A DNA stretch of 51,967 nt from a virus (IMGVR_UViG_3300028999_000002), one strand, 5' to 3'; positions 30,435 through 40,460 are shown, numbered from the stretch's first letter. Numbers and translations are program-made. The notes: generated by a model from the sequence alone, not told the origin.

Positions 30435-30637
30435 AACCTCACTCCCAGCGGACGACGGCGACACCGGGTTGTCCCCAGTACCGACTCCGCATCATTGATC
30501 GCCCGGTTAAGCTCATCCAGAGAAGCCGCCGTATATTCAATTCTGCGACCATCTTTCTGGACAGACACCACCCGTTTACCGGTTAATAAATCAAGGCGCG
30601 CCTGACGCAGCGCCTGCAGTTCAGCGACTGTAACCAT
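30431..30637 (-). CDS. W: head-tail joining protein W
   Basis: 68 aa, lambda gpW-like (…LLTGKRVVSVQKDGRRIEYTA…). Confidence 0.9.
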   Translation of the reverse strand: MVTVAELQALRQARLDLLTGKRVVSVQKDGRRIEYTAASLDELNRAINDAESVLGTTRCRRRPLGVRL

Positions 30638-32549
30638 TCACTCCTCCGGACAGCTTCGCTGCCAGTTCTTTAAGGGTTGGCCGGGTCGTCTCTTCTTCCC
30701 GGGATTTTGCCAGTACAGCCAGATCAAGCTGCCAGCGTTGCACGGACACACGTAATGCCGCGTAGGCATACACCAGGCAGTCCAGCGCTTCGTTACGCCG
30801 CTTTTTGTTATCCCACAGCAGACGCATCTTTCCTTTTTCCCACTTCTCCACAAGCTCTTCCGCGACCAGTTGCTGCGCCTCTGTCTGCGAAAAAATCTCC
30901 GGATCATCAGGAAAACGGATAGCATACGACGTGGCTTCATCCACAGGCGTGGGATCGGCTTTCATACGGGCATAGAGAATTTCTTTTGCGGTGTCCGTCC
31001 CCACTTCACACAGATACACGCCCCGCTGATTGCGGGTTTTTGGCATGGTGATCACCGGCTTGCCATAGACAGATGCGCCTTTTACCGGCAGCACCCGGAA
31101 AACACCGTGTTTTTTTGACCTCTGATAAACGATTTCGCCATCGATCCCCCCGATGTCCCAGCAGACACGGGAAATGGTCATTTCGGTTCCGTCTGCATGG
31201 CGGTATTTTTTGTTGATCGCCGCATCCACACGTAACAGCGTCTCTTCCTCATCGGGACGCCCCATAATGATGATTTTATCCACCAGAAAGGCTTCCTCTC
31301 CCGGAGCCCATCCCCAGACATACATCTCAAAACGGTTTCGCTGCGAGTCAATGCCCGCCGTCAGATAAACCACCCGGGCAGGCACCGCCGCCGTGTAACG
31401 CACAACCTTATCCATCAGCACCTGGTGATCGAGTTTTTCGCCCACAGCCTCTTCCCAGGTCTCGCCCAGCGTGGTGTTCACAAAGGTTTTCAGGCCGTTG
31501 GGATCTTTCAGTGCATCCAGCCAGTCATAGACAATCTGTACCCAGGTGGTGAACGGACTGTACGCCGTCCAGATATGGAAAGTGATGGAGCGCGGCGGCG
31601 GAATTTCATCACCCCGGGCGCTGAAAAACATCAGGCCGTCACGGGTCCACATGCCCGTGTTTTCACAGATCCACCGCCCGTTACTCTGGTCAAGCTCAGA
31701 CTGATGGATCACACAGCCATGATGCTCACAAAGGTAGAAAACACTTTCTGGCTTATTCTTCTCCCACTTAAGACCGAAAGGCGAGGCATCATCGCCAAAT
31801 TTCAGATACTGCTCCTCCCCACAGTGCGGACAGGGCACATAAAAACGCATGAAGTGTGCCGACTCGTTAGCGGCTTTTTCGATCTGGCAGGAGCCTTTGA
31901 TTTTAGGCGTCGAGCCGCGAATGGATTTTGGCCATACAGAGCCCTCAATACGTTTATCCCCCAGCAGGGTTGGCGAACCCTCTTTTTCAACATCCGGTTC
32001 GAACGAGGAAAGCTCGTCATAACAGACCACATCCACGGATTTTTCACGGTAGTTTTTTGCTGCCGCACCACCCAGACACCAGAACCCCACACCGGAGGAA
32101 AAACGCTTCAGGGTGAGCGTATTATCGCGGTGTTTTCTTCCGAACCATGGAGCCAGCTCCAGCAATGCAGGAACATCCCTTATCGTTGGCTCAACATGAG
32201 ATTTCATAAAATCTTCAGCAGCTGAGTCCGTGGGCTGAAAAAGAAGGCTGTTGCGTGATTTATGCTCAATAAAATAAGCCTCCACTCCCAGCAACATCTT
32301 TGTATAACCAACACGGGCAGATTTAATCAGGTTAACCGTGCGAATCAGATCGTTGCCCATACAGTTCATGATGCCAACCTGAAACGGCAGTGTTTCCCAT
32401 CGCCCCGGGGTATAAGACGACTCTTTAGGAAGGTAATAATGTTTATTGGCCCACTGAACTGTCGTCAGTGGAACAGGAATAATGAGAGATAAAAGCCCTG
32501 TAGCTATCGCACCGGCTGCATTAGCTGCCTTCTGCGCGTCTGAAATCAT
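30621..32549 (-). CDS. A: terminase large subunit A
   Basis: Lambda gpA-like throughout (…[22 protein letters not shown]…); start set at the internal Met giving a lambda-like overlap with Nu1. Confidence 0.95.
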
Positions 32550-33067
32550 CGATCCACCCGCCCACGTTTTCACCGGCCTTAGCTGCAACATTGGAGGCTT
32601 TCGCGATTTCAGTTTTCACCACATCAAGGTGTGATGGTGAAATGTCCGGATATTTACGCTGTAATGTCAACGGCACACGCACAAGTATCCCCGAAATCTC
32701 CTGTGCCACACGTTGCAGAATGAAGGTAAACAGTTCAGTTTCCAGCACTACTCCGTCTTCACGGGCATTTTTCAGTTCCTGCGCATCTGCCTGCGCTTTT
32801 GTGAGCCGGTAGCGTTCATAGTCAATGGTGCCGGGTTGTAAATCTGACTCCGCTGCCGCACGCAAATCGTCCAGTTCTTTGCGGAGCTTTTCGTTTTCGA
32901 TATCAGTTTCCCTCTGCGCATACCACTGAATTGCCATGGCAGTATCAAATACAGATTCAATGCCCTTACTACCTTTGGAGGCGCAAGGGAGTCCCTGACT
33001 GCCAGCGTTCAATCGTCCGCGGGTCCACGTTGAAAATTTCGGCAAGCCTCTTTTTATTAACCTTCAT
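32521..33067 (-). pseudogene. Nu1: terminase small subunit Nu1, frameshifted in this sequence
   Basis: ATG at 33067 opens [32 protein letters not shown]-stop (lambda Nu1 N-terminus); homology continues in another frame (…[39 protein letters not shown]…) to the stop at 32521. Confidence 0.8.
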
Positions 33068-33199
33068 GAAAACAACCCATTATCAAATACAAGGCCCGAC
33101 ATGAAAACGCCAGAAAAAGGCATTTTCGGACACTTTCATGTCGGACCTTTACGGATGCAATATTAAAAAAAAACAAAAAGTTATATTCGAGAAGTACCG

Positions 33200-33290
33200 A
33201 CACGATTTTCCCTGAAAAATTTTCATAAATAGTGAAAAACCGCGAGGTCGCCGCCCCGTAACCTGTTGGATCGACGGAAAGGACCCGAAA
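33200..33290 (-). other. prophage cos site (cosN GGGCGGCGACCT at 33245-33256)
   Basis: Minus strand reads GGGGCGGCGACCTCGCGGTTTTTCACTATTTATGAAAATTTT, upstream of Nu1 as in lambda. Confidence 0.85.
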
Positions 33291-33404
33291 ACGAGAATAA
33301 TTATCACTTACAGCAAGAATCGAATCTGATCTATTATGGTGCTTGCTATTATGTGCCGGCACAAGTGCGTCGTTTACCGTCATTTCACACAGAGGCATCA
33401 TCAA

Positions 33405-33656
33405 ATGAAAATCAGAAATATTCTCGCTATCTCCCTTGCGACATCATCCTTCAGTTGCCTGGCATTTAAATCCTCGCCCAATGTGCTACCAGGACCAACG
33501 AATCAACTAACTGCGGTAGAAAGTAAAATTATCGGACATTTTTATGCCCCACACAGTACATTACCCGGAACAACCATCACAGGGACATGTGACGCCTCCC
33601 CCGTCCCGGGATGCACCTGTCCGTTTTGTACTATGCTGCGTAGCCAAAACCGATAA
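33405..33656 (+). CDS. hypothetical secreted protein (signal peptide predicted)
   Basis: 83 aa from MKIRNILAISLATSSFSCLA…; hydrophobic N-terminus, Cys-rich C-terminus. Confidence 0.3.
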   Translation: MKIRNILAISLATSSFSCLAFKSSPNVLPGPTNQLTAVESKIIGHFYAPHSTLPGTTITGTCDASPVPGCTCPFCTMLRSQNR

Positions 33657-34019
33657 CATCCGCATTTACCTGGTATTCCATGATGAGTTCACGCAGCGAC
33701 TGATAGAGGAAGGAAAGATGGTTAGTAAAAGCAAGGCGCATTGCCGCCGCATGCTGCAGGCATTGCAACAGACGAGAGCAGGTATTTTTGACCAGTTGGA
33801 AAACTGCCAGCATACTTTGCCCGAGTATATCGCCATCTCATCGGAAACCAGTGCAACTCTTATTCATCGGGTTCCACCAGAGAAAAAGAAGAAATGAACA
33901 GTGAGGCGTTGTGTGGCATACAACGCCTTCTTCCATCATTCCTCGTCAGCCATGACAAAAATATAACCGCTGGCTCTTTCATTTTTCTCCTGCTTCCAGC
34001 CCCTCTCTACCTGGAAGCA

Positions 34020-34346
34020 TCAAGGACGTGACGGCGTAAAGATAAATTGTCTCTTCACTCCCTGACAGGGGCGATTCTTTTCAAATCGCCATTTCGCCAT
34101 GGCCTTCACCACTTCATCACGAAACAAATTATGAGGCTCTGAGCGGAGAAAAACGATCCGTGTCACAGTCCCATCAGCACCAATATCGAACTTAACCTCA
34201 ACCAGCCCCTTGATATAATTTGCTGCAGCATATTCCGGATATCGTGGATACACCGTCACTAATTGCCGGGGCTCATCAGCTTTTTGCTGCGAGCATCCCA
34301 CTGCCAGGACAGATAACAGAAAAAGTAGTAAAAGGCGTCTTTTCAT
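34020..34346 (-). CDS. lipoprotein with a TonB C-terminal-like domain
   Basis: MKRRLLLLFLLSVLAVGC lipobox signal, then a TonB_C-like segment (…YIKGLVEVKFDIGADGTVTRIVFLRSEPHNLFRDEVVKAMAKWRF…); AGGA SD. Confidence 0.5.
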   Translation of the reverse strand: MKRRLLLLFLLSVLAVGCSQQKADEPRQLVTVYPRYPEYAAANYIKGLVEVKFDIGADGTVTRIVFLRSEPHNLFRDEVVKAMAKWRFEKNRPCQGVKRQFIFTPSRP

Positions 34347-34826
34347 TTTTATTCCTACGGGTCTTATTCTGACAATATATCCTGTGTTCCAGACTGCCAC
34401 ATCACCACATCCTGTGCCATTATCTGACTCACATTACATACATCGCATCGGGATACAGTAGTAGCACTTTCTGTAATACAGCTTCCTGTTTCTTCCACCA
34501 TCGCACCGGGATAAACCCGCGAATCATTAACGCGGTAAAAACCCGGTGTGCATCGTTTTTAATTATTCCCGCACACTCACGCAGAAGGAATTCCCCGTCG
34601 GGCTACGGTCATGGTTAATGCGGGAATACGGCGACGATACAGCGCAGCTAAAAGGGTAATGGACGGATAGACCGGTTTATTTCATTCCACAGGATTCTGA
34701 GTGTCCCCAACTTCCTCCAATAGTCTGAGCCCACCTGTGTAGTTTTAATTTTCATCAATCCATTTAACTATCGTTTAATTGTTGTCACATAGGATTCTGC
34801 CGTTTTTAACAATGCAGGATAATAAG

Positions 34827-35120
34827 ATGAAAAAAATGTTGTTTTCTGCCGCTCTGGCAATGCTTATTACAGGATGTGCTCAACAGACGTTTACTGTTGG
34901 AAACAAACCGACAGCAGTAACACCAAAGGAAACCATCACCCATCATTTCTTCGTTTCGGGAATTGGACAGCAGAAAACTGTTGATGCAGCCAAAATTTGT
35001 GGCGGCGCAGAAAATGTTGTTAAAACAGAAACCCAGCAAACATTCGTAAATGGATTGCTCGGTTTTATTACTTTAGGCATTTATACTCCGCTGGAAGCGC
35101 GTGTGTATTGCTCACAATAA
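34827..35120 (+). CDS. bor: Bor lipoprotein (serum-resistance, Iss homolog)
   Basis: Near-identical to lambda Bor (MKKML…ITGCAQQTFTV…EARVYCSQ). Confidence 0.9.
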   Translation: MKKMLFSAALAMLITGCAQQTFTVGNKPTAVTPKETITHHFFVSGIGQQKTVDAAKICGGAENVVKTETQQTFVNGLLGFITLGIYTPLEARVYCSQ

Positions 35121-35151
35121 TTGCATGAGTTGCCCATCGATATGGGCAGCT

Positions 35152-35613
35152 CTATCTGCACTGCTCATTAATATACTTCTGGGTTCCTTCCAGTTGTTTT
35201 TGCATAGTGATCAGCCTCTCTCTGAGAGTGAAATAATCCCGTTCAGCGGTGTCTGCCAGTCGGGGGGAGGCTGCATTATCCATGCCGGAGGCGGTGGTGG
35301 CTTCACGCACTGACTGACAGACTGCTTTGATGTGCAACCGACGACGACCAGCGGCAACATCATCACACAGAGCATCATTTTCAGCTTTCGCATCAGCTAA
35401 CTCCTTCGTGTATTTTGCATCGAGCGCAGCGACATCACGTTGGCGCACCTGCATGTCAGTAATTGTCGAGTTCGCCAGCTTCAGTTCTCTGGCATTTTTG
35501 TCGCGCTGGGCTTTGTAGGTAATGGCGTTATCACGGTAATGATTAACCGCCCATGACAGACAGACGATGATGCAGATAACCAGAGCGGAGATAATCGCGG
35601 TTAATCTGTTCAT
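35152..35613 (-). CDS. Rz: spanin, inner-membrane subunit Rz
   Basis: 153 aa, lambda Rz-like. Confidence 0.9.
   Translation of the reverse strand: MNRLTAIISALVICIIVCLSWAVNHYRDNAITYKAQRDKNARELKLANSTITDMQVRQRDVAALDAKYTKELADAKAENDALCDDVAAGRRRLHIKAVCQSVREATTASGMDNAASPRLADTAERDYFTLRERLITMQKQLEGTQKYINEQCR
35211..35393 (-). CDS. Rz1: spanin, outer-membrane lipoprotein subunit Rz1 (embedded in Rz, +1 frame)
   Basis: 60 aa with lipobox (…VVVGCTSK…) and Pro-rich tail. Confidence 0.8.
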   Translation of the reverse strand: MRKLKMMLCVMMLPLVVVGCTSKQSVSQCVKPPPPPAWIMQPPPDWQTPLNGIISLSERG

Positions 35614-36086
35614 ACCTCAATCTCTCTGACCATTCCGCCCGCTTCTTTGAATTTTGCAATCAGGCTGTCAGCCTTATGCTCGAACTGACCATAACCAGCG
35701 CCCGGCAGTGAAGCCCAGATATTGCTGCAACGGTCGATAGCCTGACGAATATCACCGCGATCAATCATCGGTAAAGCGCCACGCTCTTTAATCTGTTGCA
35801 GTGCCACAGCGTCCTGGCTTTTCGGAGAGAAGTCTTTCAGGCCAAGCTGCTTGCGGTAAGCATCCCACCAGCGTGAAAGAAGTTGATAACGGCCTGCAGC
35901 TGTTGATTTGAGTTTCGGGTTTAGCGTGACAAGTTTGCGAGGGTGATCGGAGTAATCAGTGAAGAGTTCTCCACCGACAATAACGTCATAACCGTGGTTA
36001 CGTGTCGGTTGTCGCCCGTTATCCGTTCCCTCTGACCATGCCACCATATCCAGGAAAGCTTTACGCTGGGAATTTAGTACCTGCAT
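35610..36086 (-). CDS. R: endolysin R (lytic transglycosylase)
   Basis: 158 aa, lambda R-like (…[16 protein letters not shown]…). Confidence 0.95.
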   Translation of the reverse strand: MQVLNSQRKAFLDMVAWSEGTDNGRQPTRNHGYDVIVGGELFTDYSDHPRKLVTLNPKLKSTAAGRYQLLSRWWDAYRKQLGLKDFSPKSQDAVALQQIKERGALPMIDRGDIRQAIDRCSNIWASLPGAGYGQFEHKADSLIAKFKEAGGMVREIEV

Positions 36087-36089
36087 AAA

Positions 36090-36416
36090 TTACTCCTTAG
36101 AGCCACCAAACTTGTTACCGATTACTCTCATTGCAGCCCCACGAATAGCATCAACACCGATCAGCCCCACCCCACCACCAATGGCAACAGATAGTGATTT
36201 AGGCCATCCGACATACTCAAGAGCGGATGCAAAAGTCAGCGTCAGAGCGCCACAGAGTAGAATTTCGAGTGTTTTTCGCTTCCAGCCGCCACCACCGCCA
36301 AAATAGGCAATACGTAAACCAGCCATAACAATCGACATAATCACTGCGCCCAGCGGTGTGTCTCCACGCCACCAGCTCTGGACCAACTCCAGCCATGTAT
36401 TTGGGTTATGAGGCAT
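36090..36416 (-). CDS. putative holin (not lambda S-like)
   Basis: 108-aa membrane protein in the S position directly upstream of R; Gly-rich TM segments. Confidence 0.6.
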   Translation of the reverse strand: MPHNPNTWLELVQSWWRGDTPLGAVIMSIVMAGLRIAYFGGGGGWKRKTLEILLCGALTLTFASALEYVGWPKSLSVAIGGGVGLIGVDAIRGAAMRVIGNKFGGSKE

Positions 36417-36560
36417 TTGTAGTTATCTCTCACCTCGCTGATACAGCAGGTGCAAATTGAGGAAACATCATGTACCGCAAATCAGAAGCGGAAACGTCAA
36501 AGAAGCCGAGTCAATGGATAACTGCGGGATAGGCTAGGACCAAGGAATCCCCAGACCCAG

Positions 36561-36593
36561 AAACGACAAAACCCGCTCGATGGCGGGTTTAAG
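36561..36593 (-). terminator. intrinsic terminator-like hairpin (AAACCCGC-n6-GCGGGTTT) upstream of the holin; candidate tR'
   Basis: Perfect 8-bp stem followed by a T-rich tract on the minus strand. Confidence 0.45.
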
Positions 36594-36707
36594 CTGTGTG
36601 GCGAAGTGAGCACACTTAACAGATTACGATATTTTTTGCGTACGCGTTAGTGTTTTGATAGAATTTTCAGCCACATAAAAATTCATTCTTATAATTCGGG
36701 ATATATA

Positions 36708-37883
36708 ATGGATATAACTTGTTTAGAATGTGGCAATGTTCTTGACGACCCAACTGTAGCTTGCGATAAATGCGGTGCCACGCCTCATGTTGTAGTGCTG
36801 GGCAAACAATCGTACTTTCCTATTGGTGCTGTAACAGCAAATCTTGAAAAAAATGATTCAAGAGCATTTGATTATCGATTAGGTGAAGTTTGGGATCTAA
36901 AAAATGAAGTCACATCTGAATTCATAACCAGAATTGAGAAAAAATTTAGCCGAAAAAACAAATTTCATAACTTCCTAGACTCAGATCACAACCCTTCATC
37001 CATTCCTACGATCCTAAAAAAATACATTAATAAAAATAATGAATTCATTGATTTATCTAGAGCTATAATAGAGAAGCTTAAACATAATGCTAATAACGAA
37101 TCGAGAGTTGCCCAACTTCAGGGGGGGAGCGTTGTTTTCATCCACTATAAGTCTACCGAACCAGAGGATTTGGGGAAACTTCTAATCGTAATGGTTGATA
37201 AACAAAGCGCCTATGACTTTGATTCGGATAAGTTGACCCCAACAAGATTAAATCCAATTAATACCGATGCCTTACGGCAGGCTGCGATGTTCGATTTAAC
37301 TTTATTCGAAGCCAGTTATCCAGAAAACAAGGGTGACTCATATGTACATTTCTTGCAAGGTAAATCTAAAAGCGATTTTTTCAAAGACTCATTAGGTTGC
37401 CGACATGATTCGGACAATAAAAGAAGCATTCAGCAATTATTCAGTGCTATAGATATTTTTGCTAGTAAAAACTCACTCGGTCGTGTACTGCGTGATACTA
37501 TTGACAATGAAGTTAAATCCTTACTGGAAAAAAAATCAAAAGATAAACACGGAAATAAGTCCGTTAAGATAGAGGATATTTCAAAAATAATTGACTCATG
37601 CCTGACTGATTCACACAAATGTAAGGGAACGTTTGTCGATTTTGTTAATCTTAATGGTTTCCAGATTGACCCTCAATTTGAACCAACTCCTAAAGCAGCT
37701 GAAAGCGCGCTTACAATTGAAGTGGCAGATAACGACAATAATTTTAAGTTGAAAATAATGCGTGGAGCTATTGGAGACGAAAAGTCAAATAAGCCTGTAA
37801 TTCTCACTGACAACAAATGCGAAATTGTGATAAAATTGAGTCAGGCAAATTATGATGAACTCAAAAGATATAGAGACAGCTAA
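36708..37883 (+). CDS. zinc-ribbon protein with a YejK/NdpA-like (NA37 nucleoid-associated protein family) domain
   Basis: N-terminal CxxC…CxxC; central region aligns with remembered E. coli YejK (GG.V.F.HY…DLT…Y.(T/H)FL.G…DFF.D.LG); AT-rich. Confidence 0.6.
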   Translation: MDITCLECGNVLDDPTVACDKCGATPHVVVLGKQSYFPIGAVTANLEKNDSRAFDYRLGEVWDLKNEVTSEFITRIEKKFSRKNKFHNFLDSDHNPSSIPTILKKYINKNNEFIDLSRAIIEKLKHNANNESRVAQLQGGSVVFIHYKSTEPEDLGKLLIVMVDKQSAYDFDSDKLTPTRLNPINTDALRQAAMFDLTLFEASYPENKGDSYVHFLQGKSKSDFFKDSLGCRHDSDNKRSIQQLFSAIDIFASKNSLGRVLRDTIDNEVKSLLEKKSKDKHGNKSVKIEDISKIIDSCLTDSHKCKGTFVDFVNLNGFQIDPQFEPTPKAAESALTIEVADNDNNFKLKIMRGAIGDEKSNKPVILTDNKCEIVIKLSQANYDELKRYRDS

Positions 37884-37885
37884 TA

Positions 37886-39100
37886 ATGACAATTGCTGAT
37901 GACTTATCAAGATTAGCGCAGATTATTAACGGAGCCTCAAGCAGAGTTGAGGGCTACTACACTGTCATAAGTCTTGAAGAAAGCATTGTTATTGTAAATA
38001 GTTCTGAAATAATTAGACTGTTACAATCTATAGGTTATAAAAAGGCAACAACCTGCATCGAAAATAATGAAATTTGGCTAGATCGCCAAGCTTCATCTTG
38101 GGATGATGCTATAATTTATGAGAATGTTGAGTCTTTTTGGTCTAGAGTAAACACCCAAAACGCTCTTCCGAAAAATTATATCATCGGAACGCCGTTAATA
38201 CTCCCTACTTCTAAGAATGAAAGCATCGAAAAAATCCATATTTTCTTTATGTGGAAAGATATCCTTTCATTAATTTCTGATCATCATAACAGTGACTGCT
38301 CTGTCTTATTTTTCACCAATGAAGACAAAAGTTATACAGTCGAACTCACGCATTTTTTACAATATAGCGAGATTAATCGCTTATCGAACTCGTCTCTTAA
38401 ATATGAAATTATAAAGGAGCTTCTCGACACAATAAAAATCAATGATTTACACAAAAGCGAGCGCAAGCTCGTTATACGCTCAGCCATAAACGAAGTATTT
38501 AAAGCAAATGGTACGTTCAATTTCTTTGACTTGCTTAACTCTACTGAACTCGTCAGGAAAAAATATGATGAACTATATGAGATTTACACAAAGAGGTTTT
38601 CTGTAAATAAAATTCTTAACGAACTCGATGAGAAAAATCTTGAGTTCACGAGTAAAATTAACGAATTCATATCATCTAATCAGACAAAAGCATTGACTAT
38701 TCCCGGTGCATTAATAGCAGCTGGTGGCTTAGTGAAGGCTAATGAAACAACCGAAGCAATATTGATTATCGCAGGACTTTGGATGATAAAAAAAGTCAAT
38801 TACATTTCTATTGAGATATTCAATGAAACATTCGACAACTTACGTTCTCGAGTGGAGTCCGCTTTCGATAAGTATTTAAAGTTTGAAGAAAATAAAGAAA
38901 TCAAAGATAATGCAGATAGTATTAAGAGTAGCATTACAGGTTTGATTGATAAAGCTAAAAAAAGGATGAGAACTGTTAAATATCTCGCATCAGCCATGTT
39001 TTATGGAGGCCTTATTTACGTTGGATATAAACAGTTCCCAGTCTTTTTTGAAAAATCGGCAGTAAATCTATTTTATTTTTTATGCCATACTATAAGCTAA
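37886..39100 (+). CDS. hypothetical membrane protein (C-terminal TM segments), co-operonic with the preceding gene
   Basis: Start 2 nt after the upstream stop (TAATAATG); hydrophobic segments near the C-terminus; AT-rich. Confidence 0.6.
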   Translation: MTIADDLSRLAQIINGASSRVEGYYTVISLEESIVIVNSSEIIRLLQSIGYKKATTCIENNEIWLDRQASSWDDAIIYENVESFWSRVNTQNALPKNYIIGTPLILPTSKNESIEKIHIFFMWKDILSLISDHHNSDCSVLFFTNEDKSYTVELTHFLQYSEINRLSNSSLKYEIIKELLDTIKINDLHKSERKLVIRSAINEVFKANGTFNFFDLLNSTELVRKKYDELYEIYTKRFSVNKILNELDEKNLEFTSKINEFISSNQTKALTIPGALIAAGGLVKANETTEAILIIAGLWMIKKVNYISIEIFNETFDNLRSRVESAFDKYLKFEENKEIKDNADSIKSSITGLIDKAKKRMRTVKYLASAMFYGGLIYVGYKQFPVFFEKSAVNLFYFLCHTIS

Positions 39101-39446
39101 CATTGCTAAACAGCCATCAACAAACCCCATTGCAGTTTGCAGTTCCTTCCTAATTGTGCCATCAGAGCATTTTCTCTTCTTCGCAATAGTGCGTAATGAG
39201 ATACCGATAACAAAGTGGGCGATGATGAGCTCATATTCCTCTGGTTTATACCTTCTCAACCGAGCCACACAACTGTCTATCATGATGCCTTCGTCATCAT
39301 CACACTGAATCCGTGACTTTTTGCCATGAGGTAAAAGTCCCTTGAAACCAGCCGCTATCGGCTGNNNNNNNNNNCCAGTCCACTCCGCTATTGTCTGAAG
39401 CAGCCCAAGCTCCCCAACGATCCATTACTTCATACATATCACGCAT
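39080..39446 (-). CDS. Q-like late antiterminator (Phage_antitermQ-type), interrupted by an N10 assembly gap
   Basis: N-terminal piece MRDMYEVMDRWGAWAASDNSGVDW upstream of the gap and a C-terminal HTH-containing piece (67-aa ORF) downstream; family assignment from memory. Confidence 0.55.
39365..39374. other. assembly gap (10 N) inside the Q-like gene
   Basis: Run of n characters. Confidence 0.99.
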
Positions 39447-39463
39447 CAACTTTCTCCACAAAA

Positions 39464-40459
39464 TCAGGCCAACACACCAATTGCCAGCGCACGATCGATA
39501 AAACGAAATATCAACTCCAGCTGGGAGCCATACTTCTCTTCAAATGCCACGGTATCCGCATGCAGCTCGTCGTGATGCTTTCTGCACAAAGGCAGCACAA
39601 AGAGATCATGCTCTTTTGTACCCATTCCCCCCTGACCGTGGCCTATCAGATGGTGGGGATCATCAGCAGGCTTTCCACAACATGCACACGGCTGCGTCTT
39701 AACCCAGCGCGTGTACTTTTCATTAACCCAGCGGCGACGTTTTGGGCGTAACATAAAAGACTCCGGCGACTCCGGATCCACTTTCAGCGCCAGCACCTTT
39801 TTAGCTTTATCCTGGATGATGCTGGTGGCAGGAACCGAAGGCACAAGGTCACTTTCCCGGGTGACAGATGGCACAACAGGCTTCGGTAATCTCAGTGCCT
39901 TACGGGCTGCACTTTCCGGTAAGGCATCCGCCAGATCATTACGAACCAGCCACCAGCACAGTTCCGGCATTGTCACAACGTGACTGTCATCAAAACCGAG
40001 ATCCCGACGCACGACAGACAACACCCAGCGGGCACAGTTATCCGTTGCCATTGATTCCAGCCGTTCCGTGAACTGGTCACGCAGCTGGTTATCGCAGTGC
40101 CAGCACAGACGAATTGCTCCCGGAGCGTGCCGCATTGTGGTCATGTTCTCGCTGTGCCAGTCAGAATGAGGCCACTGACAGCCCTTTTCACGAAGTAACC
40201 AGCTTTCAAGACATTCCACGCCACCAGCACGACGGATCACTGCCTCATTGCGGAACACGGTCCGAACGGCAGGATCATCCGCCAGCGGTTGTGATGCCGC
40301 CGGAACGGCACCACTGGCGAAAGATGAATAACGTTCCGGCTCTGGCTCCAGCAGGACACGCCCCTGCATAAACAGGGGCATCAGCTCTGAACCTGGCCTG
40401 AACAATACGATCCCCATACGCGGGGCAATTTCAGGCGTCAGTAGTGCTCTCACGGTCAC
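39464..40459 (-). CDS. DUF968-type protein with C-terminal HNH-like nuclease motif
   Basis: C-terminal …CACCGKPADDPHHLIGHGQGGMGTKEHDLFVLPLCRKHHDELH… Cys/His cluster; nin-region position. Confidence 0.6.
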   Translation of the reverse strand: MTVRALLTPEIAPRMGIVLFRPGSELMPLFMQGRVLLEPEPERYSSFASGAVPAASQPLADDPAVRTVFRNEAVIRRAGGVECLESWLLREKGCQWPHSDWHSENMTTMRHAPGAIRLCWHCDNQLRDQFTERLESMATDNCARWVLSVVRRDLGFDDSHVVTMPELCWWLVRNDLADALPESAARKALRLPKPVVPSVTRESDLVPSVPATSIIQDKAKKVLALKVDPESPESFMLRPKRRRWVNEKYTRWVKTQPCACCGKPADDPHHLIGHGQGGMGTKEHDLFVLPLCRKHHDELHADTVAFEEKYGSQLELIFRFIDRALAIGVLA

Positions 40460-40460
40460 C

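Noticed and set aside
30638-30940. 100-aa minus-strand ORF overlapping the 3' end of terminase A
   Set aside because: Alternative frame within the lambda-homologous A gene; basic low-complexity translation.
33057-33404. 115-aa ORF covering the prophage cos site (and the analogous 69-aa ORF at 20367-20576 over the satellite cos)
   Set aside because: They run across cosN/cosQ and translate similarly only because the two cos sites are similar DNA; no coding signal.
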